From Candidatus Omnitrophota bacterium (GTDB lineage: Bacteria; Omnitrophota; Gorgyraeia; 1-14-0-20-64-10): a DNA stretch of 64,000 bases. Under the pieces are notes generated by a model. It saw only the letters and a program-made list of their open reading frames with translations, was not told the DNA's origin and searched no databases. This document shows, piece after piece, positions 36,863-45,209 of the stretch. Both the position numbers and the translations under genes were made by a program. Positions within the stretch are counted from its first letter, which is position 1. Every line of letters starts with the position of its first letter. The stretch spans positions 41,486-105,485 of the forward strand of contig JACOVG010000033.1 of the NCBI GenBank assembly GCA_016177405.1, written 5' to 3'.

Positions 36863-38092
36863 ATGCCGACCTTCACCTATCAAGCCCGCGACGAATCGGG
36901 GCGGCTGGTCAAGGGAGCCCTGGAGGCGGACTCCCAGGCGGTTTTGGCCGAGCGGCTTCGGAAGATGGGCTATCTCGTCACCCGGATCGAAGAGGCGGCG
37001 CGGGGGATAGGGGGTTGGGCCGAGCTGCGCCTGGGGCGGGCCGTTTCCGGCGAGGATCTGCTCCTCACCTGTTTGCAGTTATCGGCCCTGGCCGGAGCCG
37101 GAGTCCCGCTCACCTCGAGCCTCAAGGCGGTTTCCTCCTCGCGCTCCAAGGAGAACGCCCTGCGGCAGGCCCTGGAGGGGGTGACCCATGAGGTTGAATC
37201 GGGATCCCGATTCTCGCAGGCCCTGGCCTGCCGCCGCGAAATCTTCCCGGAGCTGATGGTGAGCCTGGTGGAGGTGGGAGAGGCCACCGGAAAACTGGAC
37301 CTTGTCCTCTCGCGCTTCGCCCGTTTCCTCGAGAAGGATCTGGCCTTGAGGCGGGAGATCCAGGGGGCGCTGACGTATCCCCTGCTGCTTCTGGCCGCTT
37401 CCAGTCTCCTCATCCTCTTTGTGGTCTCCTTTGTGGTGCCGCAGTTTGCCCTGGTTTTTTTGAAGGCCGGCATCCCCCTGCCGGCCCCCACCCGGTTTCT
37501 GCAGTGGGCCGCCCACCTCATCCAAAGCTACTGGTGGGCCCTGGGTTTTCTGGCGGTCTTGGGGACAGCCGCCGCGGCCTTCGCGTACCGCAAGGCGCCC
37601 ATCCGTCTTAGGGTGGACCGGGCGCTGCTCACGCTTCCGGCGGCGGGGCCGCTTCTGTTGGCGTCGGCGGTCGCCCGCTTCTGCCGGACCTTGGCCACCC
37701 TGGCGGCCAGCGGTGTGGCCATCTTAACAGCCCTTCGGGTGGCCCGGCGCGTGGTGGGCAATCGGGCCCTGGTCCAAGAGGTTGAGCGGGTGGGCCAGGC
37801 GGTCGAACGGGGAGAGAGGATCGCCGCCGCCTTGAGCGTCGGCCGGGTCTTCTCGGCCGACGCGATCCAGATGATCCGCGTGGGGGAGGAGTCGGGAAGG
37901 CTTGATGAGATGCTGGAAAAGGTGGCCGACTTCTATGAACTTAAGGTAAGCTATACCCTAAAGCAAATGACGACTCTTCTGGAACCGGCCCTGCTGGTGG
38001 TCATGGGAGGGGTGACGGCTTTCATCATGGCTTCGCTCCTGCTTCCAATGTTCGACATGGTCAAGGTCCTTCAGCATGGAGGGTTGAGATGA
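36863..38092 (+). CDS. Type IV filament platform protein (GspF/PilC family)
   Basis: 409 aa with two T2SSF repeats and 3 TM segments. Confidence 0.9.
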   Translation: MPTFTYQARDESGRLVKGALEADSQAVLAERLRKMGYLVTRIEEAARGIGGWAELRLGRAVSGEDLLLTCLQLSALAGAGVPLTSSLKAVSSSRSKENALRQALEGVTHEVESGSRFSQALACRREIFPELMVSLVEVGEATGKLDLVLSRFARFLEKDLALRREIQGALTYPLLLLAASSLLILFVVSFVVPQFALVFLKAGIPLPAPTRFLQWAAHLIQSYWWALGFLAVLGTAAAAFAYRKAPIRLRVDRALLTLPAAGPLLLASAVARFCRTLATLAASGVAILTALRVARRVVGNRALVQEVERVGQAVERGERIAAALSVGRVFSADAIQMIRVGEESGRLDEMLEKVADFYELKVSYTLKQMTTLLEPALLVVMGGVTAFIMASLLLPMFDMVKVLQHGGLR

Positions 38093-38553
38093 AGCGGTCA
38101 AGGGGGTTCACGCTCATCGAGCTGATCATCGTGATCGCGGTGATCGCGATCTTGATCGGAATCGCCCTGCCGCGCCTTCGGGGAATGATCGATGAAGGCA
38201 ACACGGCCAAGGCCGGGGCGGAACTGCGGGCCCTCCAGGCGGCGGTGGAATCGTACTACATCCACAACTCCAAAACCTATCCGGCCGACGGCTCCGTCAC
38301 CTGGCAAACCGCCCTGACCGCCTCCACCACCAAACCCAAACTGATCGGCTCGGCCCTCACAGACCCCTTTTCGACCTCCAGCGCCCAGTACTCGTACGAC
38401 AAGTCGTCCAACGGCCTCTACTACGTGATCTGGTCGGTGGGGCCGGACAACACCGCCGACATCACCGCGATCGGCACCGATGGGACCATCTCCGGCGGCC
38501 CCGATGACGATATCTATGTCTCCAACGGCACCTCCGGCACCGGCGGTTTCTAA
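38089..38553 (+). CDS. Major pseudopilin/pilin with prepilin-type N-terminal cleavage/methylation domain
   Basis: MKRSRGFTLIELIIVIAVIAILIGIALP, with Gly-Phe at -1/+1 and Glu at +5. Confidence 0.8.
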   Translation: MKRSRGFTLIELIIVIAVIAILIGIALPRLRGMIDEGNTAKAGAELRALQAAVESYYIHNSKTYPADGSVTWQTALTASTTKPKLIGSALTDPFSTSSAQYSYDKSSNGLYYVIWSVGPDNTADITAIGTDGTISGGPDDDIYVSNGTSGTGGF

Positions 38554-39511
38554 AAGAACCCCGCGGTTCTGGCTCGGAATCCTTTTGGCCTTCTGCACCG
38601 GGGTGGGGCTGTCCCTCTTCGCCTTTTTTGTCCGCGGCGGGGCTGAATCCTGGGCCGTTTTCGCTCTGGGGGTGGCCTCCTCCTCTTTTCTCATCGCCTA
38701 CCTTCTGGTGGATTTCCGCAAGACGGCCGAGGTGAAGAAGCAGGTGGTTCAGCGGACCCTGGAGCTCCAGGAGGCAAACCGGCGGCTGAAGGAGCTCTCC
38801 AGGCTCAAGGACGAATTCATCGCCTCCGTCTCCCACGAGCTGCGCACCCCCTTGACCGTCATCCAAGAAGGAGTGGTTCAGGTTTTGGAGGGAATTTGCG
38901 GGCCCGCCAGCCCCGCCCAACGGCAGTCTCTCTCGATCGCCGTGAGGAACATCGAGCGCTTAAGGCGCCTGATCGAGGATCTCCTGGACATCTCCAAGAT
39001 TGAAACCGGCAGGATGGTCCTGAATCTGGAGACCTTTGATCTGCGGGAGGTTGTTCGGGAGGCGGGCCGGAGCTTCCTTCCGAGGATTCAGGGCAAGGGG
39101 CTTGAGCTGAAGATCCATCTTCCTGAAGGCAAGGTGGCTCTCTACGCGGATCGGGACAGGCTCGCCCAGGTTTTCTCCAACCTGCTGGACAACGCCCTGA
39201 AGTTCACGCGGAAGGGATTCATCGAGATCTGTGTTTTGGAGGAGAGTCGCCGCCAGATTGCCTGCAGGGTCTCGGACACCGGCTTGGGCCTTGCCCCGGA
39301 GTTTCTTTCAAAGCTCTTCCATAAATTTCAGCAGGCCCCCGGCGAGGCCGCCAACGGCGTGAAGGGAACCGGTCTGGGGCTGGCCATCTCCAAGGGAATC
39401 GTGGAGCTCCACGACGGCAGGATTTGGGCCGAGAGCCAACCGGGTCAGGGAACCCGCTTCACCTTCACCCTGCCGGTCAAAACCTTCCCCTCGCAGGCCC
39501 ATGCGGCCTAA
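38516..39511 (+). CDS. Membrane sensor histidine kinase embedded in the pilin gene run
   Basis: Two N-terminal TM segments. H-box SHELRTPLT. HATPase motifs (DNALKFT, DTGLGL, GTGLGLAISK). The start is uncertain: the ATG at 38516 overlaps the pilin gene by 38 nt, and alternative TTG/GTG starts lie near 38590. Confidence 0.7.
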   Translation: MSPTAPPAPAVSKRTPRFWLGILLAFCTGVGLSLFAFFVRGGAESWAVFALGVASSSFLIAYLLVDFRKTAEVKKQVVQRTLELQEANRRLKELSRLKDEFIASVSHELRTPLTVIQEGVVQVLEGICGPASPAQRQSLSIAVRNIERLRRLIEDLLDISKIETGRMVLNLETFDLREVVREAGRSFLPRIQGKGLELKIHLPEGKVALYADRDRLAQVFSNLLDNALKFTRKGFIEICVLEESRRQIACRVSDTGLGLAPEFLSKLFHKFQQAPGEAANGVKGTGLGLAISKGIVELHDGRIWAESQPGQGTRFTFTLPVKTFPSQAHAA

Positions 39512-39884
39512 AGCCCTCCCGGGATTCACCCTGCTGGAGGTGATGATCGCCGTGGTCCTGCTGACCGGCGCCGTCGCGGCGTCCGCCCTTGTTTTCAGCC
39601 GGGCCATTTTTATGACCGCCGACACCGAAACCCTGACGCAGGCGTCGGCCCTCGCCCAGGAGAAGCTGGAGTCTTTGCGGGGAGGTTCTTTCGCCGCCAT
39701 CGCCAGCGAACCCAAGGCCGCCGTCCCGGGCTGGAGCGGTTTTTCGCGGGAGGTCGAGGTCAGCCAGCCTGCCGGAACCAACAGCGATTTCAAACAGATC
39801 GGGGTGACCGTTTACTGGGACACCGTGGATGGGGAGCTTTCGACGGATCTCACCACCTATGTGGCGAATGTGTCGAACAATTGA
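39501..39884 (+). CDS. Minor pseudopilin, GspI/PilV-like
   Basis: Prepilin motif GFTLLEVMIAVVLL. 127 aa. Confidence 0.6.
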   Translation: MRPKALPGFTLLEVMIAVVLLTGAVAASALVFSRAIFMTADTETLTQASALAQEKLESLRGGSFAAIASEPKAAVPGWSGFSREVEVSQPAGTNSDFKQIGVTVYWDTVDGELSTDLTTYVANVSNN

Positions 39885-39885
39885 C

Positions 39886-40455
39886 GTGCCGAAAGCACGT
39901 CATCGCGAGTCCCGCCAACGAACTTTGGCGGGACGTGGCGATCTCGGACTGACCCTGATTGAACTTCTCATCGCCCTGCTTCTGGCGGGAGTTCTCATGA
40001 CGGCGGCAGCCATGTCGTTGAATCCCATCCTGCTGGCCTGGTCCAGCCAAATGGACCGGATAGAGCTCAACCGCCAGCTTCAGCATGGCCTGGAACGGGC
40101 CGTCCGGGATCTGCGAGGCGCGACAAATCTGGCCAACGACACCAACGACGCCATCCGTTACACCTTAAGGGAAAGCGGCGTGAGCAACTCCTACATCCTT
40201 TATCTTTACCACGCCGACGACACCTGGCCGCCCGCCTTCAACCAGACGGCCTACCAACTGCGTAAGGCCAGCCTGACCGGAGGGATCAACGGCACCTTCA
40301 CCTACGGCGGCGGGGACCTCCTGATGCGGGATGTTCAGCCGCCGGCCGCCTCGGACCTGTCGGTGAGCGGTTCGTTGGCGACGTTGGATCTCACCTTGGT
40401 TCGCAAGACGGACGAAACCTTCCGGCTGGTGGAGAAGGTCAAGAGGCGGAACTAA
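39886..40455 (+). CDS. Minor pseudopilin, GspJ/PilW-like
   Basis: Prepilin-like GLTLIELLIALLLAG. The start is uncertain: GTG at 39886, or TTG at 39925 giving the short leader MAGRGDLG. Confidence 0.55.
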   Translation: MPKARHRESRQRTLAGRGDLGLTLIELLIALLLAGVLMTAAAMSLNPILLAWSSQMDRIELNRQLQHGLERAVRDLRGATNLANDTNDAIRYTLRESGVSNSYILYLYHADDTWPPAFNQTAYQLRKASLTGGINGTFTYGGGDLLMRDVQPPAASDLSVSGSLATLDLTLVRKTDETFRLVEKVKRRN

Positions 40456-40456
40456 G

Positions 40457-41281
40457 ATGCGGGGCTCTGTGATGATCATGGCGCTGGCGCTCACGATTCT
40501 CCTGGTGGGCCTGGTGGGCGGCTATCTCTTTACCGTGGGAGTCTTGATCACGAACAGCGGCTGGGAGGAAACCGACGCCAAGACCTTGTGGCTGGCGGAG
40601 GCCGGTTTGCAAAAAGGGATCTGGAACCTGAAAACCCCCGCCGGAAGCGGCGGGCAAGGAGAGAACTGGACGACGGCAGGCACGACAGAAAACCTCGGTG
40701 CCGGGAGTTACACAATGGTTGTCACAAGATATGACTTTGCGCTGGGCACAAACGGAGGAACTGCCTCCGCCTCCTCACAATCAGCACAAGGACAGCGCGC
40801 TTCAAAAGCGATTGATGGGGATGATGAGAGTCGATGGGAATCGGATAACGTTCCAAGCTCGGCCGCGCCGGAACATATTGTCATCAGTTTTCCCTACCCG
40901 CTCACTTTGAACAAGGTTCGTTTTGTAGCGCACTCTTCGAATCAGCGGCCGGTGGATTACACTTGGGGAGTCTCGACGGACGGCTCGGCTTACGCAGTTG
41001 TCGTCACCGTAACAGGAAATGCCGCCACGGACCGCACCGACACGTTCGGTGCGCAGTCAAATGTCAACCATTTGAAACTCATAGTTACGGCGATCGGGGG
41101 CGGCCAAAAAGGAGTCGGTATTTCCAAGCTCGAGGCGATTGGGAGTAAAATCACCTCAATCGGCACCTTGACCGCCACCGGGCAGACGTACACCCGAACC
41201 ATTTCGCAAACGGTGGCGGCGGACGACGGCTCGCCGCAGAATCAAGTGGCCTATTACGAACCGGACTGGGCGGAGGAATGA
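40457..41281 (+). CDS. GspK/PilX-like tip pseudopilin carrying a discoidin (F5/8 type C)-like domain
   Basis: N-terminal TM MRGSVMIMALALTILLVGLVGGYL lacks Glu+5, as in GspK. Residues ~95-235 (ASKAIDGDDESRWESD ... VRFVAHSS ... LKLIVTAIGG) resemble the discoidin repeats of the 17673 gene. Confidence 0.55.
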   Translation: MRGSVMIMALALTILLVGLVGGYLFTVGVLITNSGWEETDAKTLWLAEAGLQKGIWNLKTPAGSGGQGENWTTAGTTENLGAGSYTMVVTRYDFALGTNGGTASASSQSAQGQRASKAIDGDDESRWESDNVPSSAAPEHIVISFPYPLTLNKVRFVAHSSNQRPVDYTWGVSTDGSAYAVVVTVTGNAATDRTDTFGAQSNVNHLKLIVTAIGGGQKGVGISKLEAIGSKITSIGTLTATGQTYTRTISQTVAADDGSPQNQVAYYEPDWAEE

Positions 41282-42864
41282 AAACCAAGCGAATCCTGGC
41301 GATCGAGCTGGGCGGCACGAGCTTCAAGCTGGCGGCGGCCGAAGTGACCGACGGCAAACCGACCCTCACCCGGGTCCGCCGCCTTCCCCTGGCAGCCCCA
41401 ACCGACGAGGCTTCGCGCCGGAAGACCCTCGAGGAGCTCCTTTCCGGGATCGCGCGGGACGCGAAAACCAACGTTGTCGCTCTCGTGGACGATCCCTTCG
41501 CCTTCGTGGGGCCTCTCCTGGTTCCGCCCATGCCCTCCGGCGAGCTGGCCGGAGCGGTCCATTTTGAGCTTCAGCGCGGCCTCCCCATCCCGCCGGAGGA
41601 AGCGGTCGTGGATTATGAAATCTCCGGAGGGGTGGAGAGCCAGGGGGTCAAGAAGCTCAAGCTTCTTGTCGGCGCCCTCCCCCAGCAGACGGTCAACAGC
41701 CAGCTTGCCTTCTTGGCGCGGGCCGGCCTAAAGCCCAGCCGGCTTATTCCCAGGGCGCAGGCGACGGCCGCCTGGTCCAAAGAGGGGGCGGATCCTTCCG
41801 CCGCCAGCCGCGGCATCCTTCGCGTCGGAGGGACCTCTTCGGAGTTTCTCGTGACAAGGGGCGGCCAGATCCTTTTTGTCAGGAAGATCCCGGTCTCCGG
41901 GGGAGATTTCACGCGAGGGATGACGGCCGTTCTGATGACGGCCGCGGGCCAGGTGGGTTTGACCGAAGCCGAGGCCGAGACGGTCAAGCGGACGGTCGGC
42001 ATACCCTCACCCGAATCCAGCAATCCGGCGACCCAGGGAATTCCGGCTTCCCAGATTCTGGCCATGCTGCGGGGCAGTCTCGATCGCCTGGCCGTGGAGG
42101 TGGAGCGCTCGATCGCCTTCTATGGAGAGTCTCAAGGCGGCGGATCGAGCTTGGGAGAGCTTATCCTCGCCGGAGGCGGGGCGCACCTGAAAGGGTTGGA
42201 CCAGTGGCTGGCGAAGAGACTTGGGATTCCGGTGACCGCGCCCGACCCTCTGGCCGGCAGGGCCGTCGCCGCCGGGGCTGTTGAGGAAAATGTGGCAACC
42301 GCGCCCTTGAGCCTGGCGGCGGTGCTGGGGGCTGTGGAGCTTTCCGCGGCGGGCGCGGGGCTTAATCTCTTGCCCCGCCAGATCAGGGAGGCCGCCCAGA
42401 CTCAAGCCAGGCGTTCGGTCCTGGCGGGATCGATCGGCGCGGCGGCGGCCGTCCTGCTTGTGGTGAAGGCTGGGATGGGGATTTACCAGGGGGCGCTTGA
42501 GAAAGAGCTGGCCGCCCTCCGGGTCGAACAGTCCGCGGTGATGTCCCAGCACGCCGCGGCCCAGACGACCTTAAGCGCCTACGAGCTTCTTCGAACCCAG
42601 CCCCCCCTGGAGGAGATCTTCAAGGAGTTGGGCCATGCCGTTCCGGCCCACGCGTACCTGACCCATTTGACCTGGCAGGAGGGTAAGTGGGCCCTTCAGG
42701 GCAAGGTTCGTGAGGTCACCCGAACGGCCGACGCGGTGCTCAACGATTTCCTGCGGGCCCTCTCCGAGGGACCTTTTACCGAGGTGCGGTTGATCGGGAG
42801 CCGGCAGGTGGAGGGGAGCATTCCCAGGGAGTCCGAGTTTGAAGTGAGCTGTCTCTTAAAGTGA
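41278..42864 (+). CDS. PilM-PilN fusion (GspL-like inner-membrane assembly protein)
   Basis: N-terminal actin-like PilM region (ILAIELGGTSFKLA ... GGGAHLKGL). A TM segment and coiled-coil PilN-like region follow (LNLLPRQIREAAQ...LAGSIGAAAAVLLVV). Confidence 0.65.
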   Translation: MKTKRILAIELGGTSFKLAAAEVTDGKPTLTRVRRLPLAAPTDEASRRKTLEELLSGIARDAKTNVVALVDDPFAFVGPLLVPPMPSGELAGAVHFELQRGLPIPPEEAVVDYEISGGVESQGVKKLKLLVGALPQQTVNSQLAFLARAGLKPSRLIPRAQATAAWSKEGADPSAASRGILRVGGTSSEFLVTRGGQILFVRKIPVSGGDFTRGMTAVLMTAAGQVGLTEAEAETVKRTVGIPSPESSNPATQGIPASQILAMLRGSLDRLAVEVERSIAFYGESQGGGSSLGELILAGGGAHLKGLDQWLAKRLGIPVTAPDPLAGRAVAAGAVEENVATAPLSLAAVLGAVELSAAGAGLNLLPRQIREAAQTQARRSVLAGSIGAAAAVLLVVKAGMGIYQGALEKELAALRVEQSAVMSQHAAAQTTLSAYELLRTQPPLEEIFKELGHAVPAHAYLTHLTWQEGKWALQGKVREVTRTADAVLNDFLRALSEGPFTEVRLIGSRQVEGSIPRESEFEVSCLLK

Positions 42865-43442
42865 AGATGACCCCGCCCCTTCTACGCGCTCTGAAGAAGG
42901 TCCAAGGGATGGCCGGGCCGCTTCTTGAGGCGGTCAGGAAAAAACCCAAATGGCTTGGGCCCCTGGCGGCTCTCGGGCTGATCGTTATCCTCTGGTCCCT
43001 CTACGCCGTCCCCTTGGGCCGGATCCGAAAGCTTCAAGCCGGCCTCCTGCCGTTGAAGGAGCAGGTCGCGCGGGCTCAAGAGGTGATCCAAAGGGCGCGC
43101 CAGGTGAATCTGGCCGCTTTGCCGGCGGCCGACGCCTTGCCCCAGGTGCTGGAGGAGCTCAACGCCTTGGCGCGCCAGCACGAGGTTCAATTGGTCAAGA
43201 CAGCCCCCCAGCCGACACGCCCGGCGGAATCCCGGGGGCTGGTGATCCTGCCGCTTGAGCTTCAGGTGGAGGCGGAGTACCGGAATCTCGGGGAATTCTT
43301 GGGGGCTCTGCGAAGGGCGCCGGGCCTGGGCGTGCCGCTGACGCGCCGGATTGCCCTCGGCAGAGAAGAGAGGCTGCTACCGCGGCTTACGGCGACGCTG
43401 ACGATCGACCTCATTTTAAGCGAGGCGCCCGGTGGCTCCTAA
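42861..43442 (+). CDS. PilO/GspM-like assembly protein
   Basis: 193 aa. Single TM (LGPLAALGLIVILWSLYAV), then a coiled-coil and a periplasmic domain. Confidence 0.55.
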   Translation: MKMTPPLLRALKKVQGMAGPLLEAVRKKPKWLGPLAALGLIVILWSLYAVPLGRIRKLQAGLLPLKEQVARAQEVIQRARQVNLAALPAADALPQVLEELNALARQHEVQLVKTAPQPTRPAESRGLVILPLELQVEAEYRNLGEFLGALRRAPGLGVPLTRRIALGREERLLPRLTATLTIDLILSEAPGGS

Positions 43443-43869
43443 AAAAGAGAAGGTGGTCCTGGCCGTCTTGGCGGCGCTGGCCGCGGTGGTCTGGGTGAGG
43501 GGTCTCACCGCCCGTCCGGCAAGGCCCCAACGATCCGCGGCGGCCCCCTCGCTCTCCGGCGCGGCCGTCAGGGGCGCGGGCCAGGGGGCCCAGAAGATGA
43601 CCTCCCGCTTCACCGAATGGGCCGACAGCCCCTTCCTGGTGGAGCGCCGCGGCCGCCCCGATACGAAAGCGGTGCAAGTTCCTGATTCGGGGGGAAGGGC
43701 TCTTGCCGTAAGCGGAATCCTTTGGGATCCCAAGGGTTCTTCGGCCATCGTCAACGGACTGCTGGTCGGCGTGGGGGACGAGGTGGGCGGCTGGAAGGTT
43801 CTGGAGATCCAGAGGGATAAGGTGGTCCTGACCGACGGGGCCAACCTCGAAACCCTCACCGTGGAATAG
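43432..43869 (+). CDS. PilP/GspC-like protein
   Basis: N-terminal TM. The C-terminal beta-domain (AVSGILWDPKGSSAIVNGLLVGVGDEVGGWKVLEIQRDKVVL) is like the PilP C-terminus or the GspC HR domain. GTG start. Confidence 0.5.
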   Translation: MAPKKEKVVLAVLAALAAVVWVRGLTARPARPQRSAAAPSLSGAAVRGAGQGAQKMTSRFTEWADSPFLVERRGRPDTKAVQVPDSGGRALAVSGILWDPKGSSAIVNGLLVGVGDEVGGWKVLEIQRDKVVLTDGANLETLTVE

Positions 43870-43924
43870 GGGGTCTCTTTTTTTCGGCCCATAGGTAGAC
43901 GCCTGTCTGGTATAAGAGTGTCTG

Positions 43925-45136
43925 ATGCGGGAACGGGTGATCTTGCTGGTGGACATGGACGCCTTCTTCGCCTCCTGCGAGCAGGCGGCCGACCCGCGGC
44001 TTGCCGGCAAGCCGGTCATCGTCTGCGGCAATTTCAAAAAGCGCTCGGTGGTGGCCGCCTGCTCCTATGAAGCCAAGGCCCACGGCGTTGGCAACGGAAT
44101 GCCGGTCCCCGAAGCGCTGGCCCTCTGTCCTGGGGCGGTGCTGGTGGCGGGAAATCCGGACAGGTACACCCGCGTCGCCCGCCTGATCTTTGAGGGGCTG
44201 ATCCGCTACACGCCCCTTATCGAGATCGTCTCCATCGACGAGGCCTTCCTGGATGTGACCGACACCCACCCTCGCTTTGGATCGCCGCAGGCCATCGCGG
44301 TGGAAATTCAACGCCGCGTGGAGATGGAGTTTCACCTCTCCTGCACCGTGGGGATCGGGCCCAACAAACTGCTGGCCAAGCTGGCCGCCAAGCTGAACAA
44401 GCCGCGCGGCATCGGTCGGATCGGCCGCGAGGAGGTTCCCGACCTTTTAAAAAACCTTCCGGCGGATAAGGTCAACGGCATCGGGCCGGCCATCACCAGA
44501 ACCCTTCTTTCGATGGGGATCGCCACCTTGGGAGAGCTGGCCCAGCTTCCCGTGTCAAGGCTGACCAGCCGCTTCGGCTTTTACGGGGAGCTTCTTTTCC
44601 GGATGGCCCGCGGGATCGATGAGAGCCCTGTGCTGCCGATCGATTCTCCGGAGGTAATCAAATCCATGGGCCATGCCTATACCCTGGATCAGGATACCCG
44701 GGATCCGGCGATCGTCCAGGGGACGTTGCTCAAACTCTCCGAGAAGGTGGGCCGCCGCTTGAGAGCCGCCGGTTTGCGCGGCAAGACGGTGTGGGTTGTT
44801 TTACGTTTTTCGGATTTCTCCGCGGTCAGCCGACAGAAGACCTTGGGCGAGGGCCTTTGCGAGGGCCTTGCCATCTACCGGGCCGCGGGCCGCTTGCTTG
44901 CCGAGATCTGGTCTGCCGGCGGCAGACCGGTCAGGCTGGTGGGGGTGGGGGTGTCGCATCTTCTGGCGGCCCCCGAGAACGTGGATCTCTGGGAGGACCG
45001 CCAGCGCCAGAGGCGCCTGACGGCGAGCTTGGACCGGATCAACGATTGCTTCGGAGAGGAGACGGCCTTCCGGGCGGCGACCCTGGTTCCCTTTACCGAG
45101 AAGACCCGCGGCTATTTTGGCCACCGTTGGTTTTAG
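43925..45136 (+). CDS. dinB: DNA polymerase IV (DinB)
   Basis: ILLVDMDAFFASCEQ Y-family catalytic motif. 403 aa. Confidence 0.9.
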   Translation: MRERVILLVDMDAFFASCEQAADPRLAGKPVIVCGNFKKRSVVAACSYEAKAHGVGNGMPVPEALALCPGAVLVAGNPDRYTRVARLIFEGLIRYTPLIEIVSIDEAFLDVTDTHPRFGSPQAIAVEIQRRVEMEFHLSCTVGIGPNKLLAKLAAKLNKPRGIGRIGREEVPDLLKNLPADKVNGIGPAITRTLLSMGIATLGELAQLPVSRLTSRFGFYGELLFRMARGIDESPVLPIDSPEVIKSMGHAYTLDQDTRDPAIVQGTLLKLSEKVGRRLRAAGLRGKTVWVVLRFSDFSAVSRQKTLGEGLCEGLAIYRAAGRLLAEIWSAGGRPVRLVGVGVSHLLAAPENVDLWEDRQRQRRLTASLDRINDCFGEETAFRAATLVPFTEKTRGYFGHRWF

Positions 45137-45209
45137 CCGCCTCCGGAGCATCCTTTTTCCTTTCCAACAGGAAAGGGGGTGTGCTATCTATAAGGAGGGC
45201 ACCACACCC

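Noticed and set aside
43870-43924. LexA/SOS box upstream of dinB
   Set aside because: No CTGT-N8-ACAG, GAAC-N4-GTTC or GTTC-N7-GTTC pattern is present. The only nearby element is a weak TATAAG.
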